NCBI RefSeq assembly: GCF_006345805.1
Contig: NC_043019.1
Coordinates: 4,401,360 to 4,465,359 of the forward strand
Source of the DNA: Octopus sinensis
Taxonomy: Eukaryota
Reading direction: 5' to 3'
DNA length: 64,000 nt
Part shown: positions 22,000-34,032 of the stretch, piece after piece
Layout: each line of letters begins with the position of its first letter
Numbering within the stretch: the stretch's first letter is position 1
Translations under genes and position numbers: made by a program
The notes under the pieces: generated by a model
The model's input: the letters and a program-made list of their open reading frames with translations, nothing else
Databases searched by the model: none
What the model was told of the DNA's origin: nothing

Positions 22000-22950
22000 G
22001 AAGGTACATGGCTCAGTGGTTAGAGTGAACGTTGGGCTTACAATCACGAGGTATTAAGTTCAATTCCTGGGCTGTGTGTTGTGTTCTTGAGCAAAGACAC
22101 TTTATTTCACGTTGCTCAAGTTCCCTCAGATGTAGAAATGAGTTGTGGCTTCATTGGTGCCAAGCTGTATCGGCCCCTTTGCCCTTCCTTTGGATAACAT
22201 TGATAGCATGGAGAGGGGAACCTGGTATGCATGGGTGACTGCTGGTCTTCCACAAACAACATTGGCTGGACTCGTGCCTCAGAGGGGAACTTTGTAGGTG
22301 CAATCCCTATTTCTTTACTACCCACAAGGGGCTAAACACAGAGGGGACAAACAAGGACAGACAAACGGATTAAGTCGATTACATCGACCCCAGTGCATAA
22401 CTGGTACTTAATTTATCGACCCCGAAAGGATGAAAGGCAAAGTCAACCTCGGTGGAATTTGAACTCAGAATGTAACGGCAGACGAAATACGGCTACGCAT
22501 TTCGCCAGGTGTGCTAATGTTTCTGCCAGCTCACCGCCTTGTAGGTGCAATCCCATGGTCAATCATGACCGAAGGGTGTATATACTGTATGTATGTATGG
22601 ACGGATGGATGGATGTGAAGTTGCATGGCTGAGTGGCTAGAGTGAGCGTTGGGCTCACAATCATGAGGCAGTGAGTTTGATTCTTGAACCATACTGTCTG
22701 TTGTGTTCTTGAGCAAGACACTTTATTTTATATTGCTCCAGTTCACTCAGCTGTAGAAATGAGTTGCGACATCATTGGTGCCAAGCTGTATCAGCCCCTT
22801 TGCCTTTCCCTTGGATAACATCGGTGGGGGGAGAGGGGAGGTTTGTATGAATGGGCAGCTGCTGGCCTTCCAAAAACCATCTTGTGCAAACTTGTACCTC
22901 AGAGAGGAACTTTCTAGATGCAATCCCATGATCATTCATGACCAAAGGGT
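22000..22950 (+). mobile_element. Two family B SINEs, the first with a nested minus-strand Nin-type SINE (about 22307-22540)
   Basis: Heads at about 22000 and 22615, with shared GTGCCAAGCTGTATC.GCCCCTTTGCC bodies. Confidence 0.8.
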
Positions 22951-23008
22951 GTCTTTATGTACGGATACACATTGCTAAGTTTTTTTTTTTTTTTTTTTTA
23001 CTTCTTGA

Positions 23009-23403
23009 AGGAGTGGCTGTGTGGTAAGTAGCTTGCTTATCAACCACATGGTTCTGGGTTCAGTCCCACTGCGTGGCATCTTGGGCAAGTGTCTTTTACT
23101 AAGCTTGGGGCCGACCAAAGCCTTGTGAGTGGATTTGGTAGATGGAAACTGAAAGAAGCCCATCGTATATATGTATATATGTGTGTGTGTGTGTGTGTGT
23201 GTCTGCGTTTGTTCCTCCAGCATCGCTTGACAACCGGTGCTGGTGTGTTTATGTCACCGTAACTTAGCGGTTCGGCAAAAGAGACCGATAGAATAAGTAC
23301 TAGGCTTACAAAGAATAAGTCCAGGGGTTGATTTGATTCGACTAAAGGTGGTGCTTCAGCATGGCCGCAGTCAAAATAACTGAAACAAGTAAAAGAGTAA
23401 AGA

Positions 23404-23438
<35 letters not shown>

Positions 23439-23650
23439 TGTGTGTTTGTGTGTCTGCGTTTGTTCCTCCAGCATCGCTTGACAACCGGTGCTGGTGTGTT
23501 TATGTCCCCGTCACTTAGCGGTTCGGCAAAAGAGACCGATAGAATAAGTACTGGGCTTACAAAGAATAAGTCCAGGGGTCGATTTGATTCGACTAAAGGC
23601 GGTGCTTCAGCATGGCCACAGTCAAATAACTGAAACAAGTGAAAGAGAGT
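23009..23650 (+). mobile_element. Family A SINE followed by a tandem duplicate of its 3' half
   Basis: 23200-23402 is repeated at 23436-23650. Confidence 0.85.
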
Positions 23651-23904
23651 GTAACAGACAAAACATTTAAAAAAAACATACATTATCCACATGAGATTGT
23701 AACTGTTTTTCATAACTTGCTGCAGAACAAACCAAGGAAATGCCATTATCACTAGTTTATAAATTTATGATTCCTTAATTGAAAACCAGTTTTGTAAGTG
23801 CTACCACATGAAATTCTTGGTCCTTGAGTCACTCTGTAACTTCTGGTGATTACTAATAAAAAAATGTACACATACTCATGTTTTGAGTTTTAATATATTA
23901 CTCT

Positions 23905-24308
23905 CTTTCTCTTTTACTCTCTTTTACTTGTTTCAATCATTTGACTGCGGCCATGCTGGAGCACCGCCTTTAGTCGAGCAAATCGACCCTGGGACTTATT
24001 CTTTGTAAGCCCAGTACTTACTCTATTGGTCTCTTTTGCCGAACCGCTAAGTAACGGAGAAATAAACACACCAGCATCGGTTGTCAAGCAATGCTAGGGG
24101 GACAAACACAGACACACAAACACACACATACATATATGTATATATACATATATACGACAGGCTTCTTTCAGTTTCCGTCTACCAAATCCACTCACAAGGC
24201 ATTGGTCAGCCCAAGGCTATAGCAGAAGACACTTGCCCAAGATGCCACGCAGTGGGACTGAACCCGGAACCATGTGGTTGGTTAGCAAGCTACTTACCAC
24301 ACAGCCAC
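23905..24308 (-). mobile_element. Family A SINE, full length
   Basis: Opposite orientation to the 23009 copy. Confidence 0.85.
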
Positions 24309-24578
24309 TATTTTTTTTACTCTCCTTTTTTTCTCTCTCTTGGAGCGAAAGAGTACAACAGGGGTCGCCACCACTCCCTGCTAGAACCTTGTGGAGCTTT
24401 AGGTGTTTTCGCTCAATAAACACACACAACGCCCGGTCTGGAAATCGAAACTGTGATCCTCCGACCGCATATAAGGATAAGATCGTTAATTTAAAATAAA
24501 ATATCGATGATTTTATCAAGTGGCCAGCATGGCAAAAATAACCTTCAAAGGTACTAATTATTAAAATTATAAATTCGG

Positions 24579-24753
24579 GTATCTACGAGATACCACCATG
24601 CTGAAAATAGCAGCCATGATCTGACTCTAAAACCACCTTAATTGTCCATATCGCAAACACGGAGAGAAAACAAAGAGATAAGATGGACAATCAAGGTGGT
24701 TTTAGAGTCAGATCATGGCTGCTATTTTCAACATGGTGGTATCTCATAGATAC
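24579..24753. repeat. Fold-back element: 71-bp inverted arms (68/71 matched) with a 33-nt spacer
   Basis: 24579-24649 is the reverse complement of 24683-24753. Confidence 0.9.
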
Positions 24754-24786
<33 letters not shown>

Positions 24787-24892
24787 ACGGGAAGCTTTAT
24801 GAAAATATACAAAAGAAGAAGGCAGGTTTACGGAAATAAACAAAAGACGAAGGCAGGTGGAATACAAACAAACAATTGTATTAGTATATGTG

Positions 24893-24953
<61 letters not shown>

Positions 24954-24994
24954 TATATACACATACACATATATATACATACACATATACAATA

Positions 24995-25044
<50 letters not shown>

Positions 25045-25059
25045 GTCCGTGTCGGTGAC

Positions 25060-25295
25060 ACGTAAAAGCACCAACCGATCGTGGCGTTTGCCAGCCTGCT
25101 CTGGCCCCTGTGCTGGTGGCACGTAAAAAACACCCACTACACTCATGGAGTGGTTGGCTTTAGGAAGGGCATCCAGCTGTAGAAACACTGCCAGATCAGA
25201 CTGGAGCCTGGTGCAGCCTCCATGGCTTACCAGACCCCGGTCGAACCATCCAACCCATGCTAGCATAGAAAACGGACATTAAACAATGATGATGA
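25060..25295 (+). mobile_element. RTE LINE 3' end
   Basis: TTAGGAAGGGCATCCAGCTGTAGAAAC..GGACATTAAACAATGATGATG. Confidence 0.75.
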
Positions 25296-25323
25296 TATAT
25301 ATATATATATATACACATATACA

Positions 25324-25405
<82 letters not shown>

Positions 25406-25656
25406 GAAAGTGTTCAATAGTTGCAGCACTCACTTGATGTGTTGATAGACAGTATCCTCCGGTCTCTGCATCTTCCTTTCATCTCTAGAGCGAAAAATAC
25501 AAAGATTGGATACTTTTTATCATTTCAAGTACTGATAAAATAAATAATATCAAATATAGAGTTGCTTCCGTCAGTTATACCCAGGCAGATCTTTATGGCA
25601 GACACTGGCCAGGCAGTGTATCCAGGACCTTTAGAGGCAGTGACGATGGACCAAGA

Positions 25657-25870
25657 AATCATCATCATCATCAATCATCATCATCATCATCAATCATCAT
25701 CATCAATCATCAACATCATCAATCATCATCACCATCAATCACCATCAATCATCATCATCACCACCAATCATCATCATCAATCATCAACATCATCAATCAT
25801 CATCACCATCAATCACCATCAATCACCATCACTCACCATCAATCATCATCATCACCACCAATCATCATCA
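25657..25870. repeat. (CAT/CAAT)n low-complexity microsatellite
   Basis: Direct inspection. Confidence 0.9.
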
Positions 25871-25879
25871 TTGCAACTG

Positions 25880-26200
25880 TCGGATCGGTGCTGTTATATG
25901 GCAGTGAAACATGGACATGGACCAAGAAATTACTAAAAGACTAAATGGATGCTACGGAAGAATGCCATGAATGGCCTCCAATGTGAAATGGCAGCAACGT
26001 ATGACAAATGAATGGCTGACTGTTGAAAGTTAGCGAGATGGCTGTGACTGTGTTGTCACTGCATGTGCTGCCATGGACTGGAAATATCCGAATTGGTCTT
26101 GTGGAACGCACTCCATGGTGATATAAGCAGAGGAAATGGTTGTCACACTTGCATAAAATAACGTTATGGCAGACACTGGCCAGGCAGTGTATCCAGGCAG
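25880..26200 (+). mobile_element. Decayed RTE ORF2 fragment
   Basis: GSVLLYGSETWTWT..KRLNGCYGRM..NVKWQQRMTNE across frameshifts. Confidence 0.6.
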
Positions 26201-26627
26201 ACGAAATACCGCTAACCATTTCGCCCGGCATGCTAACATTTCTGCCAGCTTGCCACCTTAGATGTGTATATACATACACACGCATTCATATATTCATATA
26301 CGTACATGCTTACATGCATTCATACATGTACATGCTCAAAGAATCTACCATGGGAAAGAATAATGTGTACCTTGATCTGTGGACATGTTTACTCAATTTG
26401 GACTTTTGGTTGTTGACCAGTTTTGGTTCCGGTTTGTTGAGCATCACAGCTTTCCTTGCATTTGCTGGTTGACTGATTGGCTCAACGTTTGTCATGCGGA
26501 AAGGAAAAGAAGTCACGCCCAACTCTGCAAAACTTTTCCGAAGGTCTGAAATGTATTAATGTTTGATTATCACACGAGTAAAAAAACAACAACAATAACA
26601 GCAACAACAACAACAACAACAACAGCA

Positions 26628-26830
26628 GTGGAGGCGCAATGGCCCAGTGGTTAGGGCAGCGGACTCGCGGTCGGAGGATCGTGGTTTCGATTCCCAGACT
26701 GGGCGTTGTGTGTGTTTATTGAGCGAAAATACCTAAAGCTCCATGAGGCTCCGGCAGGGGATGGTGGTGACCTCTGTTGTACTCTTTCGCTCCAATTTTC
26801 TCTCACTCTTTCTTCCTGTTTCTTGTCCCC
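26628..26830 (+). mobile_element. SINE family R head
   Basis: GTGGAGGCGCAATGGCCCAGTGGTTAGGGCAGCGGACTCGCGG. Confidence 0.8.
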
Positions 26831-27075
26831 GACTTCCTACGCAACCGCTGAGCCTGGATGCGCATTCATCCATCCGTCGATGCTCTCGGTGTCGGGGGTT
26901 GACCTGCTTTCTCTTCTGCGGGTCTTACGAATAGCAAAGGACCACGTTTCAGACTTCTCCCACTACAGACGGGACGAAGACCGCTTCGCTCAACAAACAA
27001 ACAAACAAACAAACAAGCAACAACAACGTCAAAAAATACCTTGGGAAAGAGAACCCAGGTTCGAAATTTCCCCAA

Positions 27076-27121
27076 GACACCTGATGATGGCTGGAGGGTA
27101 CATCAGCCGAAATGTTGTGTT
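27076..27121 (+). ncRNA. Minimal type I hammerhead motif (second family) in a Penelope-type terminal fragment at about 27000-27180
   Basis: GACAC-CTGATGA-T-GGCTG GAGGGTACAT CAGCC-GAAA-TGTT-GTGTT. Stem I GACAC/GTGTT, 5-bp stem II, loopless stem III (palindrome broken by C>T). Confidence 0.6.
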
Positions 27122-27308
27122 AACAACAAACAAGATGAGGACAAAATATCCGTCAAATGTAAATAACGAACAGAGTTTGTATCTTCTAATTATTAATGTG
27201 ACTAATTATTAATGTGATAATATATGTGTTCCTTAGAAAAAATATAAAAATATAAAAAATATAAAATATAAAAATTATATTATAAAATTATAAAATATAA
27301 AAATTAAC

Positions 27309-27423
27309 TTGCTTTGTTCTTCTTCTTGCAGTTGTTGGCTTCTGCGGAGGAGCTCCTTTAACTCAGCACTGGGTTCGTCTCTAAAGGGGCCATCATTTTG
27401 AGAAACAACCAATCTTTCAACTC
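27309..27423 (-). CDS. Internal coding exon (115 nt, phase 1 to 2): VERLVVSQNDGPFRDEPSAELKELLRRSQQLQEEEQS
   Basis: Acceptor TTTCCCATTTGCCGCAAATACAG|GA and donor AA|GTTAAT (weak). Only one frame is open. GC-balanced island in AT-rich flanks. Confidence 0.78.
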
Positions 27424-27679
27424 CTGTATTTGCGGCAAATGGGAAAGAAAGTTCCTTACCAATAATAAAAAAAAATAAAAAAAACAAAAACAGAAATAAA
27501 TTATTAGCTATTCAATCAAGGAAAATAATCAGAAGAAAAAAGGGAATTAATTAGATTAATTCACTGATCAATCAATTAACCATTCAACTATTTAATGATT
27601 CAGTCAAGTACCCAAGCAATCAAGTAGTTAGTTAATTAATTAAACTATGAATCAAAATTATCAATCAACACAATAAATA

Positions 27680-27940
27680 CATCATCATCATCGTTTAACG
27701 TCCGTTCTCCATGCTAGCATGGGTTGGACGGTTCGACCGGGGATCTGGGAAGCCAGAAGGCTGCACCAGGCTCCAGTCTTATCTGGCAATGTTTCTACAG
27801 CTGGATACCCTTCCTAACGCCAACCACTCCGTGAGTGTAGTGGGTGCTTTTTACGTGCCACCTGCACTGGTGCCAGGCGAGGCTGGCATCGGCCACGGTC
27901 GGATTGGTGCATTTTATGGAAGCCAGTCAAGGTGGCACTG
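27680..27940 (-). mobile_element. RTE LINE 3' end
   Basis: CATCATCGTTTAACGTCCGTTCTCCATGCTAGC motif. Confidence 0.8.
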
Positions 27941-28904
27941 AATCAATAAATCAAGAGATCAATAAATCAAGTGATTGATAAATCAATCTATTTGCTAATC
28001 AACAAGTCTGTTGCCCAATGAATTAATTAGAAAAAAATCTGTCAATTAACCAATTAATCAATCAACTAATTAACCAAGTTAATGACTCAATCAATCAACC
28101 AAGTAGTCAGTCAACTGATTAATCAGTCAATTAATGACTCAAGCAATATATATGTATATATTTATCAGTTGTGTTCTGGGGGTTGATCTAATCAACTGGC
28201 CCCATCTCCACAAAAAATTCAGGCCTAGGAAAGTATATTATTACAGTTACTGAATATACACAATGACTATATAATCCAACCAAAATATCTCAGTTACACA
28301 AATGTAAATGGAATTACTATTTAACCTTAGAATACATTGTACATATTCAAAGAACCTTAATGTAGAAACTGAAATGCAAAAGAATGAAATAATAAATGGA
28401 TTTATGACTGAAAGTTTGGTAATTGTGTTTATTTCCACCACACAACAGTTATTATTGCAAACATGTTTTAACTAACCTAAACTATACACACACACAAATA
28501 CATTCATATATCTATGTCTCGAGTTGTGGCTGTAATTTAAAGGGACCAGTCTTGTCATATTCTGTGTGCGGCTGAATCTCCCTGAGAACTACGTTAATGT
28601 TATGCATGTCTGTGGAGTACTCAGCAATTTGTGAGGTAATTTTATCCTCGTGTGGTAATGAAAAGTGAAATTGACAGCCAGTATTTGCTGTGAGCAAATA
28701 TTGGCTGTCCATTTCTATATATCTATATATAATTTCTATGAATCTATATATGAACTTTTATTTTGATTTATGTATCAATTGTCTCTCTCTCACCTTCTCA
28801 CTTCCTTTGTGTCCCTCTTCTCTCTCGCTTTTGATTTAACAATGTGTATATGTATCTATGTATCTACTTCTCTTGCAATGTGATAAACATTTAAAAACAC
28901 AAAA

Positions 28905-28955
28905 CAAATGCCGTCACCACTCACTGTCTCTTTCACTCTCTCTCTTTCTGTCTCA

Positions 28956-28996
<41 letters not shown>

Positions 28997-29204
28997 TTTC
29001 TTTCTCTCCTATGTCCTCTCTGAAACATTTAAAAACACAAAACGAACACCACCACTCACTGTCTCTTTCACTCTCTCTCTCTCTCTTTCTCTCTTACTTC
29101 CCCCTCTGAATCATTGATAATGCAAAATGAACACCGTCACCCCACGCTGTCTCTTTCACTCTCTCTCTCTCTTTCCCTCTCCCTGCCCCTGTCACTTTCT
29201 CTCT

Positions 29205-29247
<43 letters not shown>

Positions 29248-29383
29248 TACGTCTTCTCTGTTCTCCTCTCTCTCACTTTGCCACTTCTTTGAAGTGTGAT
29301 GCACACAACAGGTACATACAAAAACAAAAAGTTAGCGCATTAATATTATTGATTATGATAATAATAATAATAATAATAATAAT

Positions 29384-29417
<34 letters not shown>

Positions 29418-29480
29418 TTAATAATAATAATAATAATAATAATTAATAATAATAATAATTAATAATAATAATAATAATAA
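28905..29480. repeat. (CT)n tracts with a short repeated spacer (GAAACATTTAAAAACACAAAAC), then (AAT)n
   Basis: Direct inspection. Confidence 0.85.
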
Positions 29481-29853
29481 GTCCATGTGCTGTCTATCTT
29501 GATATGAGATCACCAAATCGCGCACATATGGTTGTGATGCATGTGCCTGGTGTACCCTTATCAGACGGGTAGTCATGATGGGTATATTGGGCTTCGTATA
29601 TTTTACCCCAGTGTCACTTTGATGGCATGAACTGCTCTCTCACTCAATAATAATAATAATACAATTATAGGTACAGCAAAATACACTATCAAAACAAGGA
29701 AGTAAAAACTACATATCATTTATTAATATGTTAATAGTGTGCATATTATATGGATGTTACGTTTAAGCTTTATTTTTATTACATTAAAAACGAGTTTAAA
29801 AGAATGACTCCTGTATTCTCTTCAATTCAATGCACTTTCAAACATTAATGAAC

Positions 29854-30248
29854 AGGCGCAGGAGTGGCTGTGTGGTAAGTAGCTTGCTAACCAACCACAT
29901 GGTTCCAGGTTCAGTCCCACTGCGTGGCACCTTGGGCAAGTGTCTTCTGCTATAGCCTCAGGCCGACCAAAGCCTTGTGAGTGGATTTGGTAGATGGAAA
30001 CTGAAAAGAAGCCTGTTGTATATACGTATAACATGTGCGTGTGTTTGTGTTTGTCTCCCTAGCATTGCTTGACAGCCGATGCTGGTGTGTTTATGTCCCC
30101 GTTACTTAGCGGTTCAGCAAAAGAGACCGATAGAATAAGTACTGGGCTTACAAAAGAATAAGTCCCGGGGTCGATTTGCTCGACTAAAAGGCGGTGCTCC
30201 AGCATGGCCGCAGTCAAATGACTGAAACAAGTAAAAAGAGTAAAAGAG
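29854..30248 (+). mobile_element. Family A SINE, full length
   Basis: AGGCGCAGGAGTGGCTGTGTGG head through the TAAAAGAG tail. Confidence 0.85.
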
Positions 30249-30314
30249 TGTGTCTCATTAGTCCACTGAATCAAAAGTTTACTGTAAATAGAAGAGAATC
30301 AAAGTATATCGCAC

Positions 30315-30467
30315 CTTCTTTGTTGGAGAGTGGCCAGGCCATTTGCTGTTACGATGTGTACGGAGGTAATAGTCAGTATGGTATCCCTGTAGAGCTTCGT
30401 CAGTGGGAGCAGTCATTCCACAACACTCACTTCTGGCAACCAGGCAATACAGACTGTAGCATATGTA
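30315..30467 (-). CDS. Probable upstream exon of the same gene. Either 5' UTR plus the start MAWPLSNKE (ATG 30342-30340), or a 37-nt coding exon 30431-30467 (YICYSLYCLVAR)
   Basis: Acceptor TTTTTTTCTGCAG|T. Donors AAG|GTGCGA (30315) and GAA|GTGAGT (30431). Both models end in phase 1, matching the 27423 exon. Confidence 0.6.
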
Positions 30468-30861
30468 CTGCAGAAAAAAAGACATCATCAAGACGTAGCA
30501 GAAATGTGGGAAATAGTCCCAAGAGAGAGAAAAGATTCATACACAAACCAACAGACTACAGTACAAACATACACACACAAACAACCACATGCATGAAGAA
30601 ACACACACACACACACACCACACACACACACACACACACCACACACATGCAAGTGTTTTGATATATATAATTTTTTTTTCTCTCTCTGTTTATTTCTGTG
30701 TTCCTTTCTGTTGAAGAGCATAGGCTCGAAATGTAAAAGACTTTTTCACCTTCTCAGGTGTCAAACTAAAACACCTGCTTGTTGTTTAAACTAATGTCTT
30801 CGTCTTTTATTTTTCTGTAAATTTCAACTATATATATATATATATATACAGACACATACAT

Positions 30862-30894
<33 letters not shown>

Positions 30895-30914
30895 ATATAT
30901 ACAGACACATACAT

Positions 30915-30952
<38 letters not shown>

Positions 30953-31599
30953 TATATATACAGACACATACATACACACACACACACACCACATATATAT
31001 ATATATATATATATATCTGTATATATATAAAAGGTAGGATGTGTATGTGTGTGTGTGTATGTGAATGGAATTTATGCACGTCCACAAATTAGCATGCATG
31101 TCGCTCCAGTTTTAGGACATTCGTCATGACCCTAGCTGTGTTTTCGTCAACTTATTTTCCCCAGAGGCACCAGTAAATAGTGGTAAAAATAAATTTTCAA
31201 CTAAAACTTTTAACAATTTTCAAGTCAAAGAAATCCACCATTGTTTGCAAACAGGAGTTAAGTCCCCTTCTAGCAACGAGTAAGTTTTTGCTAAAACTTT
31301 TGGGGTTTTTTTCCCCCCATCGAGGAAAAAAGTGTTTTGTCAATATACAGGCAACTCACACACAAACACACGCACACACACGAACATATATGCATACGAA
31401 AAACGTATGCAATAGGTGTACGTATGTATATGTGTGTATGTGTATGTGTGTGTATATATATATGTGTATGTGTGTGTGTGTGTGTGTGTATACTTAAGAC
31501 TTAGTTGGGATCTGAACGTAACTGCTTCGGACACAGAGGATCGGGAGCCCTTTTGGGCATTCTATTTTCTTTGCTGGAAGGGTTCCCAACCCATGGGCA

Positions 31600-31880
31600 A
31601 AGAGGGGTGGGAATTTGAACTCAGAACGTAGCGGCAGACGAAATACCTATTTCTTTACTACCCACAAGGGGCTAAACACAGAGAGGACAAACAAGGACAG
31701 ACAAAGGGATTAAGTCGATTACATCGACCCTAGTGCGTAACTGGTATTTAATTTATCGACCCCGAAAGGATGAAAGGCAAAGTCGACCTCTGCGGAATTT
31801 GTACTCAGAACATGACGACAGACGAAATACCGTTAAGTATTTCGCCCGGCGTGCTAACGTTTCTGCCAGATCGCCGCCTT
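31600..31880 (-). mobile_element. Nin/Deu-type SINE with a partial tandem unit
   Basis: Contains the GAAATAG|GTATTTC junction at 31646/31647. Confidence 0.8.
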
Positions 31881-32224
31881 CGACTGAGTTAAAATAATGA
31901 ACGAATTATGCTCACTTTTCTACAAAGATTTTTATCGGAGAATTTTCGGAAAACGCTAGAATATCCCTCAAAAGTAATCTTTTTTTCTACTTAATTTTTA
32001 ATCTTTATCAAATCGTATGAGGAAACAAAGTCGATGTGCGTGAAATGTGAGCCCTCCCATTTTTTTTTTCGCATTAAATTGTGATATAATTATCTACTTC
32101 ATCTGAAAAGTATAAGTAGGAAATTTCCTTAAAAAAATATCTATTTTTTAAACACAGACATATATTCATACATACTTATATACATATACATACACATAAA
32201 TATATGCAGGCATACACACAAATC

Positions 32225-32595
32225 CTAGTTCAGCATTCACACACACGCAAGCACACACACACACATACGCACGCAAACACACACATATACACACGCACGC
32301 AAACACACACACATACACATACGCACGCAAACACACACACACATACACACACGCTCGCAAACACACACACACACACACACACACACGCAAACACACACAC
32401 AGATACACACGCACGCGAACACACACACATACACACGCACGCAAACACACACACACATACGCACGCACGCAAACACACACACACATACGCACGCACGCAA
32501 ACACACACACATACGCACGCACGCAAGCTCGCACACATGCGCATACGCACGCAAACACACACAATCACATACGCACGCACGCAAACACACAGACA
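32225..32595. repeat. (CA)/(CG)-mixed microsatellite
   Basis: Repeated ACACACACATACGCACGCACGCAA units. Confidence 0.9.
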
Positions 32596-32874
32596 GATAC
32601 TCAAAGCATCCACCAACCTGAGGTCTGACGTCCACAAATTGTCTCTGAGATAAGCCCGGGAAGAAGTTAATCTTTGTCTAACCTCACATGAAAAAGTTTG
32701 AGCCGGGTGGACAACTACGTTGCTTGGCAACCGAATACTTCCTGTGACAAACGACAGCAGAGTTCTGTTTTGACAAATCCACCACCACCCCAGCACGACC
32801 ACCACCATCAACAACAACAAAATCAACAAGTTCAACTACGACTAATTGCAATGGTACAGACTACAGCCAAAACG

Positions 32875-33290
32875 GGCGGCGAGCTGGCAGAAACGTTAGC
32901 ACGCCGGGCGAAATGCGTAGCCGTATTTCGTCTGCCGCTACATTTTGAGTTCAAATTCCGCCGAGGTCGACTTTGCCTTTCATCCTTTCGGGGTCGGTAA
33001 ATTAAGTAGCAGTTACGCACTGGGGTCGATGTAACCGACTTAATCCGTTTGTCTGTTCTTGTTTGTCCCCTCTGTGTTTAGCCCCTTGTGGGTAATAAAG
33101 AAATAGGTATTTCGTCTGCCGCTACGTTCTGAGTTCAAATTCCGCCGAGGTCAACTTTACCTTTCATCCTTTCGGGGTCGATAAATAAAGTACCAGTTTA
33201 GCACTGGGGTCGATGTAATCGACTCAATCCCTTTGTTTGTCCTTGTTTGTCCCCTCTGTGTTTAGCCCCTTGTGGGCAGTAAAGAAGTAT
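32875..33290 (+). mobile_element. Nin/Deu-type SINE dimer
   Basis: Full head, then a second unit restarting at GTATTTCG (33107). Confidence 0.85.
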
Positions 33291-33953
33291 ATTTGCACCC
33301 TCATCCCCGCCGAGGTGTTAGCAGGGGTCTGTAAGAGTATTTCTTTATTCAACATAAGGTTGAGAAAAAGAGGGGACGATACAAGGACAGACAAAACAAA
33401 CATTGGGGTCAGGGTATCGAATGAGGCGTAACGTATGAATAAACAAACAATTAAAATATATACAATTAAATGAGAATGAGTGATTAACAAAAAAATTAAG
33501 TGGTGGACGCGGTCGACCCCACCAACCACATACTCACACTGAAGACTTTGCTTTCTCCTTTTTTACATTCTCGTTTAAACAAGTTCTTTCACTCGCAACA
33601 TACTTGCTATAGACTTCCGAAATGCAAGAAATTAAACAAATATCTTACAAACTATAGAATTTTCTCAATAAAGTCAAGAGAAAAAAGATGTTTTATAAAC
33701 ACATTCTACCAGTATACGAAGTTTAAAAGTGTTTAGTTACTCTCTTTTACTCTTTTACTTGTTTCAGTCATTTGACCGTAGCCATGCTGGAGCACCACCT
33801 TTAGTCGAACAAATGGACCCCGGGACTTATTCTTTGTAAGCCCAGTACTTATTCTATCGGTCTCTTTTGCCGAACCGCTATGTAACGGGGACGTAAACAC
33901 CAGCATCGGTTGTCAAGCAATGCTAGGGGGACAAACACAGACACACAAACCAT

Positions 33954-34032
<79 letters not shown>

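Noticed and set aside
26930-26985. Minus-strand CTGTAGTG..TGAAACGTGGTC resembling a hammerhead
   Set aside because: The core deviates at several invariant positions and stem II does not pair.
27307-27312. GC-AG donor (CAAA|GCAAGT) that would join the 27-kb exon directly to the 5436 exon in frame
   Set aside because: Unnecessary once the phase 2-to-1 exon at 19339-19430 was found, and the -1 position is not G. It remains only a possible minor skip isoform.
28326-28368. 43-nt exon-like segment with a good acceptor
   Set aside because: The frame needed to bridge the 30315 and 27423 exons has an in-frame TAA, and the donor is weak.
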